A stretch of 64,000 bases of DNA from Candidatus Buchananbacteria bacterium (GTDB taxonomy: Bacteria > Patescibacteriota > Patescibacteriia > 2-01-FULL-39-33), in NCBI GenBank assembly GCA_030650095.1, contig JAUSEE010000002.1, positions 6,711 through 70,710 on the forward strand, given 5' to 3'. This document shows positions 48,591 through 58,720 of this stretch, piece by piece; position 1 is the stretch's first letter, and each line of letters opens with the position of its first letter. A program made the translations under genes and the position numbers. The notes beneath the pieces were generated by a model, which was not told where the DNA came from, ran no database searches, and worked only from the letters and a program-made list of their open reading frames with translations.

Positions 48591-49132
48591 TTTTTAAAAT
48601 AAGTATTAACAATTAATTGGGCCACTATAGTATTGGAATTATCAGCTTTTTTATTCTTAGTGAAGGAAATTAATTTTAGATTGAAATATTTTTCCTGTTT
48701 TTCTAATTCACTCATAAAGCCCAATATTTGCTTGTAGTCGCCGGTGATGATAGCTTGTATTTCCACTTGATCAATATTAGAGCCTATGTCTTGGCCGGTA
48801 AAATCGGAATTAATGGTTATGACCAGGCCGTATTTATTAGCGATGGTTTCTAGGCTGCTGATTAAATTCAGTTCGTTGCCTTTCGCAAAAAAGACGTTAT
48901 CCAGGGTTTTAGCCGGCTCCTCTATTTCTTCCAGATCTCTTACTATTTTTTTCATATTAAGTCCCATAGCCAGCTTTTTTTCTAATTTTATCCTCTCATT
49001 GGTTATTTCCTGATTAACCCTGGATATTTCTTTTAAGGCCGGATAAATGATGAAAATTGTTATGGCGGCAAAGAATAGGAGTACTATTCCTATATTAATA
49101 TAAAATTTATTCTTGTAATAATTTAGAAACAT
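48587..49132 (-). CDS. pilO: Type IV pilus assembly protein PilO
   Basis: TM, coiled coil, ITGDYKQILGFMSELE; operon position. Confidence 0.75.
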   Translation of the reverse strand: MFLNYYKNKFYINIGIVLLFFAAITIFIIYPALKEISRVNQEITNERIKLEKKLAMGLNMKKIVRDLEEIEEPAKTLDNVFFAKGNELNLISSLETIANKYGLVITINSDFTGQDIGSNIDQVEIQAIITGDYKQILGFMSELEKQEKYFNLKLISFTKNKKADNSNTIVAQLIVNTYFKK

Positions 49133-49134
49133 AG

Positions 49135-49671
49135 TTATTTTATTTTGGCCGGAATCATTTTAGCCGTAATGGTAAAATTATTATTCTCTTTAGACAGTAA
49201 ATCTTTGAGCGGCAGATTAACTGTCTCAAAAATATTTGAATCGGTTAAGCTGTTCTTTAGTTTGGTTAGGTCGTTTCTGGTTTTGGCCACTCCCGTCAAC
49301 TCCAAGGAGGTGTCATCATATTTTATCTTGATGGAGTTATAGGAAATATTATCCGGAGTAAGATTGGTTAGGGTTACTAAAAAATCGGACCATCTTTTAA
49401 AGTCAGTTTGTATTTTACTTACCGTGCTTATTTTGTCATTAAGCATATTTATCCTATTGACAATATCTCTGTTTTCTGAAATAACATAAGCATTTCTTTC
49501 AATTAATTTGGCCAAGCTGTTGTCTAGGATATACTTGGAAATTAAAAGCATGATGGCGATAATCAAAGTAAAAAGCAGAATTAAAATAACCAGCTCTTTG
49601 ATGGCTACGTAAACTCTTTTAATTTTCAACTCCCTTTTTTGATTGGGAGAAAGCAGGTTTATGATTATCAT
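49135..49671 (-). CDS. pilN: Type IV pilus assembly protein PilN
   Basis: INLL start, TM, LTGVAKTR; follows pilM. Confidence 0.8.
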   Translation of the reverse strand: MIIINLLSPNQKRELKIKRVYVAIKELVILILLFTLIIAIMLLISKYILDNSLAKLIERNAYVISENRDIVNRINMLNDKISTVSKIQTDFKRWSDFLVTLTNLTPDNISYNSIKIKYDDTSLELTGVAKTRNDLTKLKNSLTDSNIFETVNLPLKDLLSKENNNFTITAKMIPAKIK

Positions 49672-50726
49672 AGGAATGTCTCTGGTTTTAATCCCCTTAA
49701 AGCCAACCCCAAAGCCGTGACAAAGGATTGCGATCTTTGGCTGTTAAAAAATGATTTATCAGGATTGGCTATTACTTGCCAGGGGTTGCTTATGATTACT
49801 GGTATTTTTAATTTTTCTTGTAAAACAGAAGCAATGTCGATAAAATTCGAGCCGCCGCCACAGAGCAGTATCCTTTCAATATTCTTGGCCTCGGGAAAAT
49901 TATAATAATAAAAATTTATCGCCTTGGTTATGCGGTCGCTTAATTCATTTATGACATCAGAAAATATTTCCAGCAGGGCTCCGTGGCATTTGGTTTTATC
50001 CAGGCCGCAAACTATCTTGGCTTTTTCCGCCTCATCCCATTTCATTTCCAGAGTGTCAACTATGTGCCGAGTTATGTTATTGCCTGATATCGGCAGGCTG
50101 ACGGTGAATTTTATGGTTTTATCATAAAGAAACAGGCCTGTTCTTTGGGCGCCGATATCTATTATGATCTGCGGTTTTTGATCATTGGCCTCTTCTAAAA
50201 GAAGCCGGGAAATGGGCGCTGATTCTATTTCTAGGACAGTCGGTATCAGATTGGCTTTAGCTAATATATCCACATAAGATTCTATGATATTTTTAGGCGA
50301 AACGCCCACCAGTATCATCAGCCCCTGATCATTCTTTTCTATGATTTGATGATCCATATAAATATCATCAAAGTTAACCGGTATGTCTTGAGGCAGTATC
50401 TCTTTTATTTTTGCCACGATTTCCTCGTCGGGGATGAGCGGCATGTTTAATATTTTAAAGAAAGTTTTTTCCTCGGGCAGGACGCTTATAACTTCATCGC
50501 TTAATTTGCCATGGCCGATTTTGGTTTTTATCATTTTACTGAGCGCATCTAAAAAGACCTTCGGTTGTTTTATTTCCCCGCTGGAAATGCAATCCGGTGG
50601 TAATTTTATTTCATTATATATTTGAACCTTGGCTTTTTTCGAGCTTCTTTCCAGTTGTACCATGCGCAGGTTGCGGTCTGATATGTCCAGGCCGAAAGCT
50701 ACCTCGGTTGTATTAAAAAAAGACAT
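49668..50726 (-). CDS. pilM: Type IV pilus assembly protein PilM
   Basis: FGLDISD, IDIGA, LCGGGS, ALGLALR. Confidence 0.92.
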   Translation of the reverse strand: MSFFNTTEVAFGLDISDRNLRMVQLERSSKKAKVQIYNEIKLPPDCISSGEIKQPKVFLDALSKMIKTKIGHGKLSDEVISVLPEEKTFFKILNMPLIPDEEIVAKIKEILPQDIPVNFDDIYMDHQIIEKNDQGLMILVGVSPKNIIESYVDILAKANLIPTVLEIESAPISRLLLEEANDQKPQIIIDIGAQRTGLFLYDKTIKFTVSLPISGNNITRHIVDTLEMKWDEAEKAKIVCGLDKTKCHGALLEIFSDVINELSDRITKAINFYYYNFPEAKNIERILLCGGGSNFIDIASVLQEKLKIPVIISNPWQVIANPDKSFFNSQRSQSFVTALGLALRGLKPETFL

Positions 50727-50797
50727 TTTTTATTTTGTCTGTTTAATTATAACAGATATTACTACAAAATATAATTTATTTTACAAATTTTATAAAC

Positions 50798-52024
50798 TTA
50801 ATATTGTTCCTCCCAGTGATCAATTTGGATAACTGGAGGGTTGGCGTTGTTGGCCGGGTCTATGACTTTTTCAAAGTTTTCCGGAGTATGATTAAGGGTT
50901 ATGGCTCCGCCGCTAGCCGTTACTTTGGCGTCAAAACCGGTCATACCGCCATTGATTACAAAAGTCGTTCCAGAACTTATGATTTCCAAATCATCGCCAG
51001 CATAAATCAAACCGTTAACCGTTACCGATCCGCCGGAAGTAGTGATGTCAATATCTCCTTCCGCCAGCAAACCCCCGCCGTAAGTGGCATCAGCGTTAAC
51101 CGTGAAGGTTTGGCCGGAATTGGTGATTTCAATTTCTTCCTCTGCTACCAAAACGCCGTTGATAGTCATATTTTTGCCTATTACCTCGGCATCGCCGGTA
51201 ACGTAAATAATGCCGTTTAAAACAGTGTTATTGGCCAAATTTTTAAATTGAGTTTTAGTGTAAATAGTGGTAGCTCTGTTTTTCCAAGAATTTGGATCAG
51301 CCGAATTAAAATCAATCGGCAGGGCATCTATGGTGGTAGTGGGCGAACTTTGGTAACTATTGTTTAAAGTTAGTTGTCCGCCGCCAACTGTCAGGATGTT
51401 GTTACTGGCCGAAACAACACCGTCGTTAATTCTTACTTCAGCACCTTGAACCTTAAGAGTTTGATTAGCATGAACCCGTCCGCCATTAGAAATTAAAACC
51501 AAGCCGGAACCGGTAAAAGTGAAATTGCCATTTTGCTGTGAACCGCGTCCGCCGGCAAAAATAGTATATTCCCAGCTTTCTCCGCTGCCTGTGGCTTGGC
51601 TAATATAATATTTAACCACTCTTCGGGAAGTTTTTCCGGCAATTTGATAGGTGGAGGTGGCAATAATCCAGGCTTCGGCTGGCACGGTATTTATGGCCGA
51701 AGCATGATAGGCAGCATTGGTGTCGCCAAAAACATCACTTCTTATAATATCATTGGAGGAGTTAAGAGTGCCGTTTAAAAAAGCTTGGCCGGTAGCTGAA
51801 TCATTTTGAATTTTCCAAATAAGCTCGTTAACACCGGCTTCAGCTAAATAATAAGTTTTGGCTGCTACTGCTTGGCTGGTTGATATTTTTATTTCAGTGA
51901 GAGTGAAATTGACCACATAAATAGATGTTAAAAGCATCAAAGACATCACTAGTATTGATGTGACTAAAATAAAACCTTTCTTATTTTTAAAATCAAGATT
52001 TATTTTTTTAGAGATTTCGTCCAT
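50798..52024 (-). CDS. PilX-like minor pilin with large C-terminal domain
   Basis: KKGFILVTSIL, YYLAEAG, C-terminal WEE. Confidence 0.8.
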   Translation of the reverse strand: MDEISKKINLDFKNKKGFILVTSILVMSLMLLTSIYVVNFTLTEIKISTSQAVAAKTYYLAEAGVNELIWKIQNDSATGQAFLNGTLNSSNDIIRSDVFGDTNAAYHASAINTVPAEAWIIATSTYQIAGKTSRRVVKYYISQATGSGESWEYTIFAGGRGSQQNGNFTFTGSGLVLISNGGRVHANQTLKVQGAEVRINDGVVSASNNILTVGGGQLTLNNSYQSSPTTTIDALPIDFNSADPNSWKNRATTIYTKTQFKNLANNTVLNGIIYVTGDAEVIGKNMTINGVLVAEEEIEITNSGQTFTVNADATYGGGLLAEGDIDITTSGGSVTVNGLIYAGDDLEIISSGTTFVINGGMTGFDAKVTASGGAITLNHTPENFEKVIDPANNANPPVIQIDHWEEQY

Positions 52025-52583
52025 AAATTGATGTGCTTATATTTATATTTTCCGAACCCTTGATTAAATAAAGATTAATAGTTATCAAGTTATTGCCCCA
52101 AAATTCCAAGTCGCTGGCATATTCGCCAATTATTTTATCTTCGATTATTTCGGCAACGGGCGGGTTGCCGAATTGATCGGTGTCATAGATATAAACATCG
52201 GTTGATTGATCACCGGCAAAATAATATCTGGAATATTCTCTTTTAATGTCTTGGCCGTCTAAGTAATACCTAATGTAGGCGATATTAGAAGTATTATGCC
52301 CGTCTAAAAATTTTATTTCTGCCGGCAGCGAATCAGGATCAGAATTATCGGCCGGTAAAATCGTAATCACGCTTTGGGCTTGACGCAGTTCCCTGATCAT
52401 TCTGTCTAAAATAACTCGGCCATTTTGGGTTATTTCGGCTCGAGTGTCGGTTTTATTATAAGTGGTTTGACTGATGTAGTAGACCATGGACATTATCAGG
52501 AAAAGTATGAGAGATATACTTATAACTATGATTATTTCTACCAAAGAAAAACCGCTGTTTTTTTGTTCTGTCTGTTTAATCAT
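52008..52583 (-). CDS. Prepilin-type minor pilin (PilW-like)
   Basis: GFSLVEIII; start moved to ATG 52583 (ATGA overlap). Confidence 0.82.
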   Translation of the reverse strand: MIKQTEQKNSGFSLVEIIIVISISLILFLIMSMVYYISQTTYNKTDTRAEITQNGRVILDRMIRELRQAQSVITILPADNSDPDSLPAEIKFLDGHNTSNIAYIRYYLDGQDIKREYSRYYFAGDQSTDVYIYDTDQFGNPPVAEIIEDKIIGEYASDLEFWGNNLITINLYLIKGSENINISTSIYGRNL

Positions 52584-53002
52584 TTTTGGCTTATTAAAGA
52601 TATTATCTGGGTGCTTTTTTCTATATTCAGGGCTGGGCTGTTCCAATAAATGTTAACTGTTATTTTTTTTAATCCAGTTTCAGTGACTGATGTTTGTAAA
52701 TTGCTGTCAACATATTCCACTAAAACCTCCCTTTGGTAATTGTATAATCGGTTGTTAGGGTCTTCAGACAGGCGATGCTTGGCTTCTAAAGTGCCGACTA
52801 AAACATTGTCATAATTTAAGTAAAACAAATTTTCCACTTCTGCTTGGGCCAGGTTGGCGGCAACTGTGGCTTGTTCCGCGGATTTGTCTATTTTAAAAGC
52901 AATAGGGAATATTTTAGCTACAGAAAAAATACCTATTAAGATAACCAAAATAGTTATCATAGCCTCTATGAGAGTTATGCCTTTATTGTTCAATTTTAAC
53001 AT
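52580..53002 (-). CDS. Prepilin-type minor pilin (PilV-like)
   Basis: KGITLIEAMI, ANLAQAEVE. Confidence 0.82.
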   Translation of the reverse strand: MLKLNNKGITLIEAMITILVILIGIFSVAKIFPIAFKIDKSAEQATVAANLAQAEVENLFYLNYDNVLVGTLEAKHRLSEDPNNRLYNYQREVLVEYVDSNLQTSVTETGLKKITVNIYWNSPALNIEKSTQIISLISQK

Positions 53003-53441
53003 AGCCTGATGGTTTTATTGATATTATACTGGTTAAATTCTCGGCATTAACTAGGGTAATTGAGCCGCTTTCCAAAGCCGCGCCGGTTACGTTAAAGGTA
53101 ACGGTATCTGATGTTAAGTCGGCGATTGATTGGATGGAAATTGCCTGATTGATATCTTTATTTTTAACTGTTTGGCCAGTGGCAGTATTAACAATAGCAT
53201 AATTATTCTGGGCTTGATTAAAAACAACTGAATAATTAACTTGTTCGGTAACTGATGATTGCTGGGCATACCTTAGATCAGAGGCTATATCCCTAGTTTC
53301 GGCGTTTAAGCTTAATCTGGGCTTTATACTGTTGTAAACCGGCAAACTAACCAAGGCGATAATGCCCGCAATAACAATCACAGCCAATAGTTCTATCAAA
53401 GTAAAGCCTGATTTTTTTGATCTTGGTTTTATAGCTGTCAT
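52983..53441 (-). CDS. Prepilin-type minor pilin (FimT/GspH-like)
   Basis: GFTLIELL, SDLRYAQ, VTFNVTG. Confidence 0.85.
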   Translation of the reverse strand: MTAIKPRSKKSGFTLIELLAVIVIAGIIALVSLPVYNSIKPRLSLNAETRDIASDLRYAQQSSVTEQVNYSVVFNQAQNNYAIVNTATGQTVKNKDINQAISIQSIADLTSDTVTFNVTGAALESGSITLVNAENLTSIISIKPSGYVKIEQ

Positions 53442-54496
53442 CAGATAGTCTGGGTTAGGGTTTGCATAGGCAGCATGATAGCTAAGGCGATGCCAGCCAC
53501 GCCGGCGCCTATTAGTAACATCAAAACCGGCTCGATTATTACCGGCAGATTCTCCATGGTATTATAAACTTCTTCTTCGTAAAAAACGGCTAAATTTTCT
53601 AAAACCTCATCCAATGAGCCAGTTTCTTCGCCTACGGAAACCATTTGTATGATGTTAGGCGGAAAAATATGAGGGTAGTTTTTAAAGACGTCAGCCATTT
53701 TATTGCCCTTTTTAACCTGTTCGGCCGATTCCATTAAAGCTTTTTTGTAGAATGAATTGCCTAAAATTCTGGAAGTGATTTGCAATGTCTCAATTATAGT
53801 GATATCGGTTTTAATGAGCGAACTCAAACTGCGCGAAGCCCGCGCCAGATTTATTTTTTTTATTATGCCTGATACTATCGGTATTTTAAGAAGAACAGCG
53901 TCTAAAGCGTATTTGCCTTTGTTGGTTTTTACGCCTCTCGTGAATATAAATACCAGCAAAATAACAGCCACCACAATCCAGAGGCCATAAGCTTGGGTAA
54001 AATTACTAACACCAATAAGTATGCGGGTTGGCAGTGGCAACTCTACCTCCAATTCGGTGAAGAGATTGGTAATATTGGGCAGGACAAAAATCATCATAAA
54101 GGTGCCTATGCCCAGCATGGCTATGATTATTATGACCGGGTAGGTTAGGGCGTTTCTCACCTTCATCATTAATTGGTGGTCTTTGTTTGTTTGCTGGTGC
54201 AGTTCTTTTATAACACTGTCCAATTGTCCTGATGTTTCACCGGCTCTGATCATGTTGACGAATAATTCGCCGAAATTTTCCTGATAAGGCTCCAGACTTT
54301 CGCTGAAATTCTTGCCTTCTTTTATTTTATTTTGTATATCAAGAAGTATGTTTTTTAGTTTTTTGTTTTTGGTCTGCTGGGCCAAAGTGTTTAAGGCGTC
54401 AGCCAGGGGCACGCCGGCTTTTATCATAACCGAAAGATTCTGCAACAAAAATATCTTGTTGGTTGGTGATATTTTTTTGAATAATTTTATTTTCAT
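53441..54496 (-). CDS. pilC: Type IV pilus platform protein PilC/GspF
   Basis: AGETSGQL, ALTYP, VGEETGSL, IEP. Confidence 0.93.
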   Translation of the reverse strand: MKIKLFKKISPTNKIFLLQNLSVMIKAGVPLADALNTLAQQTKNKKLKNILLDIQNKIKEGKNFSESLEPYQENFGELFVNMIRAGETSGQLDSVIKELHQQTNKDHQLMMKVRNALTYPVIIIIAMLGIGTFMMIFVLPNITNLFTELEVELPLPTRILIGVSNFTQAYGLWIVVAVILLVFIFTRGVKTNKGKYALDAVLLKIPIVSGIIKKINLARASRSLSSLIKTDITIIETLQITSRILGNSFYKKALMESAEQVKKGNKMADVFKNYPHIFPPNIIQMVSVGEETGSLDEVLENLAVFYEEEVYNTMENLPVIIEPVLMLLIGAGVAGIALAIMLPMQTLTQTI

Positions 54497-54517
54497 AAAA
54501 ATTTATTAAGATGGATT

Positions 54518-54635
54518 TGTCTGCCAGGTCTGTGGTAGACAATATCGATAGGCAGATATAAATCCGCCAGATCCCTCGGTTTCGGCTTCGCCTTCACTCA
54601 GGATGACATTTTTATTGATGCGGATATAAATCCGC
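54518..54635. repeat. Cluster of hairpins and a palindromic half-repeat between pilB and pilC
   Basis: TGTCTGCCA...TGGTAGACA, GATATAAATCCGC twice, AGATCCCTCGG...CAGGATGACA (54569-54608). Confidence 0.6.
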
Positions 54636-54639
54636 TTTG

Positions 54640-56367
54640 TTATTCTTGAGTAACTCTTAAAACTTCTTCCAGACTGGTTAAGCCGTTTTTAGATTTTACA
54701 AAGCCGTCTTGAAGCAGGGTCATCATGCCTTGTTCGACAGCCAATTTTTGCAGCTCATCGCGCGAAGCTTTTTTAAGTATCAGTTCCGACATGGCTTCGC
54801 TGACTTCTAACACTTCGTAAATACCCAAGCGTCCCTTGTAGCCGCTATTATCGCACTGATTGCAGCCTTTGCCGCGGTAAAAAAGCATGGAGCTGATATT
54901 TTGTTTTTTGGTCATGTGGCCATGTTCCATCAAATATTTTTCTAATTTTTCCAAATCAAACTGTTGCTTTAATTGTTCTAAGAGCGCTTTATCCAGAGTG
55001 TAACTTTCAATGCAATTTTTACATATTTTTCTCACCAGTCTCTGGGCGATTATAATGTTAATGGTTGAGGCGATTAGAAAAGTTGGTATTTTCATATCCA
55101 TGAAACGTGGGATGGCTGTAACCGCATCATTGGTATGGAGGGTGGATAAAACCAAATGGCCGGTCATAGCGGCGTTGATGGCTATGTCAGCTGTTTCGGT
55201 ATCACGGATTTCTCCTACCATAATAATATCAGGATCTTGGCGCAAAAAAGCGCGCAGTCCTGTGGCAAAAGTAAAGCCGATTTTGGGTTGGATTTGACTT
55301 TGGTTGATGCCTTTCATTTTATACTCAATCGGATCTTCAATGGTAGAAATATTAACTTCGGGCTTGTTGAGCTCGCCTAAAATAGTGTAAAGCGTAGTGG
55401 TTTTACCACTGCCGGTCGGGCCGGTTACCAGGATCATACCATGGGGTTTTTCTACGTTTTTTCTGACTAATTTAAGCGCTTCCGGATTAAAGCCCAGTTG
55501 TTCCATGGTTAATTGCTGAGACTCATCGGGTAAAAGACGCATAACGACTTTTTCGCCGTCGAAAGTTGGTATGATGGAAACACGAAATGAGACTTTATAT
55601 TCTTTGGTTTTGATTTTAAACCGGCCATCTTGGGGCAGTCTGTGCTCGTCTAATTTTAAATTAGATAATATTTTAAGCCTGGCGACTACGCCGGCGTGAG
55701 TGGATTTTGGCAGAGTCATCACTTTGCGCAGAATACCGTCAACACGATAGCGAACGCCGACTTCTTTTTCAGATGGTTCGATATGGATATCAGAAGCTTT
55801 TTCCAAAATAGCGTATTCTAAAAGAGTGTCTACCACTCTGACAATAGGCAAGTCCTGGGCTAAATGTTTGAGTTCATCCGGTTTGCCTTCTTTGCCTTTT
55901 TCTTCTTCTTCACCTAATTCTTTTATTTCTGCGCTTAGTCCTTTGTGGTATATTTTTAGGATTTCTTTAATGTCATCGGGAGTAGTGAGGTTGAGTTTTA
56001 TATTCAGCTGGGTTTTTTTAGACAAAAAATCAAAAAGCTCTATGTTGGATATGTCTAGAGTGGCGACGTTTAAATCGGTATTGGTTTTGTCAAAAGCCAC
56101 TGTTTGGTGCGATCGGGCGGTGATTTCCGGAATTAAAAACAAGATATCCTTGCGGATAGTCTTGTCTTTCAGATGAATGAATGGCAACTTATAAAATTTA
56201 GCGGCCAATTCATACAATAAAGCCGGCGATATTATTTTTTCTTCAACTATCAAGTCTTCCAAAGTATCGGATGATTTTCTAACCTTGTCGCTGTATTTTT
56301 TTAGTTGTTTTTCATCCAGAATTTTGTTCTGAAGAAGAATTTCTTCCAAATCTTTTTGGTTGATCAT
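54640..56367 (-). CDS. pilB: Type IV pilus assembly ATPase PilB/GspE
   Basis: ASDIHIEP, GPTGSGKTT, LRQDPD, GEIRD, STLHTN, tetracysteine motif. Confidence 0.95.
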   Translation of the reverse strand: MINQKDLEEILLQNKILDEKQLKKYSDKVRKSSDTLEDLIVEEKIISPALLYELAAKFYKLPFIHLKDKTIRKDILFLIPEITARSHQTVAFDKTNTDLNVATLDISNIELFDFLSKKTQLNIKLNLTTPDDIKEILKIYHKGLSAEIKELGEEEEKGKEGKPDELKHLAQDLPIVRVVDTLLEYAILEKASDIHIEPSEKEVGVRYRVDGILRKVMTLPKSTHAGVVARLKILSNLKLDEHRLPQDGRFKIKTKEYKVSFRVSIIPTFDGEKVVMRLLPDESQQLTMEQLGFNPEALKLVRKNVEKPHGMILVTGPTGSGKTTTLYTILGELNKPEVNISTIEDPIEYKMKGINQSQIQPKIGFTFATGLRAFLRQDPDIIMVGEIRDTETADIAINAAMTGHLVLSTLHTNDAVTAIPRFMDMKIPTFLIASTINIIIAQRLVRKICKNCIESYTLDKALLEQLKQQFDLEKLEKYLMEHGHMTKKQNISSMLFYRGKGCNQCDNSGYKGRLGIYEVLEVSEAMSELILKKASRDELQKLAVEQGMMTLLQDGFVKSKNGLTSLEEVLRVTQE

Positions 56368-56454
56368 CTTAGCATGGGAATTATTTGCCCAAAGGCAGGC
56401 AATTGATAATTAATTATAACACAAATAAGCTTTTAGCCACAAGAGTTAAGGGCA

Positions 56455-56486
56455 AAATAAAAACCGCCACAATAAATTGTAGCGGT
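56455..56486 (-). terminator. Intrinsic terminator
   Basis: ACCGCTACAAT-TT-ATTGTGGCGGT then T-run on minus strand. Confidence 0.75.
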
Positions 56487-56495
56487 CCCATTAAA

Positions 56496-57341
56496 TTAAA
56501 AGATGTAGCGAACTCCTTGCTCTGCCCAACCGGCAAAACCAGTTATATCTTGTTCTGGCCAGGTATCAGCATAATGCATTAAATACATTTTGGCTTTAAT
56601 TTTGTCTGGCAAGGTTTTTAAATCATTCAAGGGAGCGTGGACGGCGCCTGGAAAAAATTGCACATCATGGAACATCACTTCTGATCTGTCGCCATAGAGA
56701 TCAATCAGTTCCGGATCAAATTGCGTATCGCCGGAAATAAATACATTATCGTCGATAAATAAGCCAAAGCTGACAAAGGCAGTTTGCCAGTCATGGGATT
56801 GGGCCGGGTAGTGATTGGTGCGGAAAATCTCTAAATGTATGCCCTTAAAATCCAGTTCAAATATTTCCCGTGGCTGGAAGGTTTTCCAGACAGGCCTGGT
56901 GACATCGAAATAATCGCCGAAAACCAGATTTTTACCGCCTTCTTCCTCGTTGTATTCCATGCCTCCTCTAAGAGTGTAGTCCCACAAAATACGCTGGTAT
57001 TCTTCGCCGATAATCATCTTGATTATCGGCTTTTTAAGAAAAGGGATGCCAAGGTAGCGATTTTTTAGGCCCAAACATTCTATGCCGCCGACATGGTCGG
57101 CATGGGAATGGGTGGGCAGAACCACTTCGACGTCTTCGGGCAAATGCTGGGCTGTCTGAAGTAGCGCCGCCGGGCCGGTCATGCCGAAATCAACCATAAT
57201 ATGAGTGTCGCCTTTGATGATTAGAAAATTAGTCTGATGTAAGGTGGTGGCAAAGGCTGCGCCTACGCCGATAAAAAATACTTCCAATTGTCCGTCATTT
57301 CTAAGGCTTAGTGGTTTATCTCCTAAAGTCTTGATTTGCAT
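56496..57341 (-). CDS. MBL-fold metallo-hydrolase (RNase Z / phosphodiesterase-like)
   Basis: THSHADH, ISGDT, FHD, VHA, LMHY; AAGGAG SD. Confidence 0.88.
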   Translation of the reverse strand: MQIKTLGDKPLSLRNDGQLEVFFIGVGAAFATTLHQTNFLIIKGDTHIMVDFGMTGPAALLQTAQHLPEDVEVVLPTHSHADHVGGIECLGLKNRYLGIPFLKKPIIKMIIGEEYQRILWDYTLRGGMEYNEEEGGKNLVFGDYFDVTRPVWKTFQPREIFELDFKGIHLEIFRTNHYPAQSHDWQTAFVSFGLFIDDNVFISGDTQFDPELIDLYGDRSEVMFHDVQFFPGAVHAPLNDLKTLPDKIKAKMYLMHYADTWPEQDITGFAGWAEQGVRYIF

Positions 57342-57427
57342 TTTTCTTCTCCTTGTTGTTAATGTTCAAACTAGGAATTCATACTATTTCCCATTATCAA
57401 ATAAAGCAGCCATGTTTAGTGGTTGCT

Positions 57428-58576
57428 TTATTCAATGTCAGCTTTTGCTAATTTCTGATGAAATATCGATCTAAACGGCTGCTTGTACAAGCCGACTGTT
57501 TGATTGATAATATTATTCCAATCATATTCCTTGTCTATAATTTTCTTAGCCAGTAAAGCGTTGTTTTTTATCTCGCTACCATTGCTTAGGGCGAATTCTA
57601 ACTTCTTGGCTAAATCCGACACGCTTTTATTCTTGAAATTTATAGTTAAATCGCTGGCTACTTCCATATTTTCTTCAATATTGCTGATAATCGTGGGCAG
57701 GCCGTAAGATATGGATTCCAAGAGAGCAATAGATAACCCCTCCGCTTCTGACGGCTGAACAAATAAATAAGCATTTTCAAACAAAGCTTTTAAACTGCCG
57801 CCAGTTTGTTCGCCTACAAAAATTATATTTTTGTTACCGGCTGCCAGTTGGCGCAATTCTTTGACATAATCATAAGTGTTAGAGCCTTCTCCGGCGATAA
57901 CTAATTTCTGGCTGGTTTTTATTTTATTGTAGGCCTTGATTAGAGTATGTATGCCTTTGTGCTTAACCAGCCGGCTAGCGGTAAAAATATAATTATCTTT
58001 GGATAAATTATATTCCTTAAGAATATCAGTATTAGACTTATTTTCACCTAAACTCACACCATTGGGAATATAAGAGGTTGATTTATCAAACCTGTATTCG
58101 CAGTATTTTTTCAGTGTTTTGGAAACGGTGATTGTTTGGTGCGGAAATTTACAGGCAGCTCTTTCACCTAAAGCTAACATTAGCTTGGCAAACCAATTCC
58201 ATTTTTGGTGTTTTCTGTCCAAGCAGTGGAAGGTGGCAACTACTTTTGTTTTTGGCTTTAAGATCCGAGGTATCCAAGATAAAAGAGTTGGGCCGACTCC
58301 ATGGTAATGGATGATATCGTAATTTTGGAATAAAGCATGGATAGTGGAGAGAAAAGTATGGCTGATAGCATCAAGATTTTTGGTATTCAGAGACGGCAAA
58401 TTTATCAGCTTAACGCCTTTATATTTTTTGATATTTTGGTTCAAATAATGAGGTCGGCTGTAAACTGACACGTCAAAACCGGCTTCAGCTAATCTAATGC
58501 TAAGTTCTTCAACGTGTCTTTCGATACCGCCCTGCTTGGCTGGTATGCCTTTTTGTCCAATTAAAGCTATTTTCAT
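57428..58576 (-). CDS. GT4 glycosyltransferase
   Basis: GQKGIPAKQGGIE, EGLSIALLE. Confidence 0.93.
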   Translation of the reverse strand: MKIALIGQKGIPAKQGGIERHVEELSIRLAEAGFDVSVYSRPHYLNQNIKKYKGVKLINLPSLNTKNLDAISHTFLSTIHALFQNYDIIHYHGVGPTLLSWIPRILKPKTKVVATFHCLDRKHQKWNWFAKLMLALGERAACKFPHQTITVSKTLKKYCEYRFDKSTSYIPNGVSLGENKSNTDILKEYNLSKDNYIFTASRLVKHKGIHTLIKAYNKIKTSQKLVIAGEGSNTYDYVKELRQLAAGNKNIIFVGEQTGGSLKALFENAYLFVQPSEAEGLSIALLESISYGLPTIISNIEENMEVASDLTINFKNKSVSDLAKKLEFALSNGSEIKNNALLAKKIIDKEYDWNNIINQTVGLYKQPFRSIFHQKLAKADIE

Positions 58577-58594
58577 ATTTTCATTTAACAGCTC

Positions 58595-58623
58595 ATCTTA
58601 CCAAAAAATAGGTAATTTGTCAA
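58595..58623 (-). promoter_or_regulatory. Sigma70 promoter of the GT4 gene
   Basis: TTGACA-17-TAAGAT with TG extension. Confidence 0.7.
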
Positions 58624-58660
58624 TAGGTCTGGTTTGTGTTTTTTTCTGCCTATTTTAAAC

Positions 58661-58695
58661 AAAAAAAGAGCGGAAGCTTATGCCAGCTGCCGCTC
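58661..58695 (-). terminator. Intrinsic terminator
   Basis: GAGCGGCAGCT...AGCTTCCGCTC then 7 T on minus strand. Confidence 0.75.
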
Positions 58696-58720
58696 GTGAA
58701 TTTACTAAATAACAATGATA

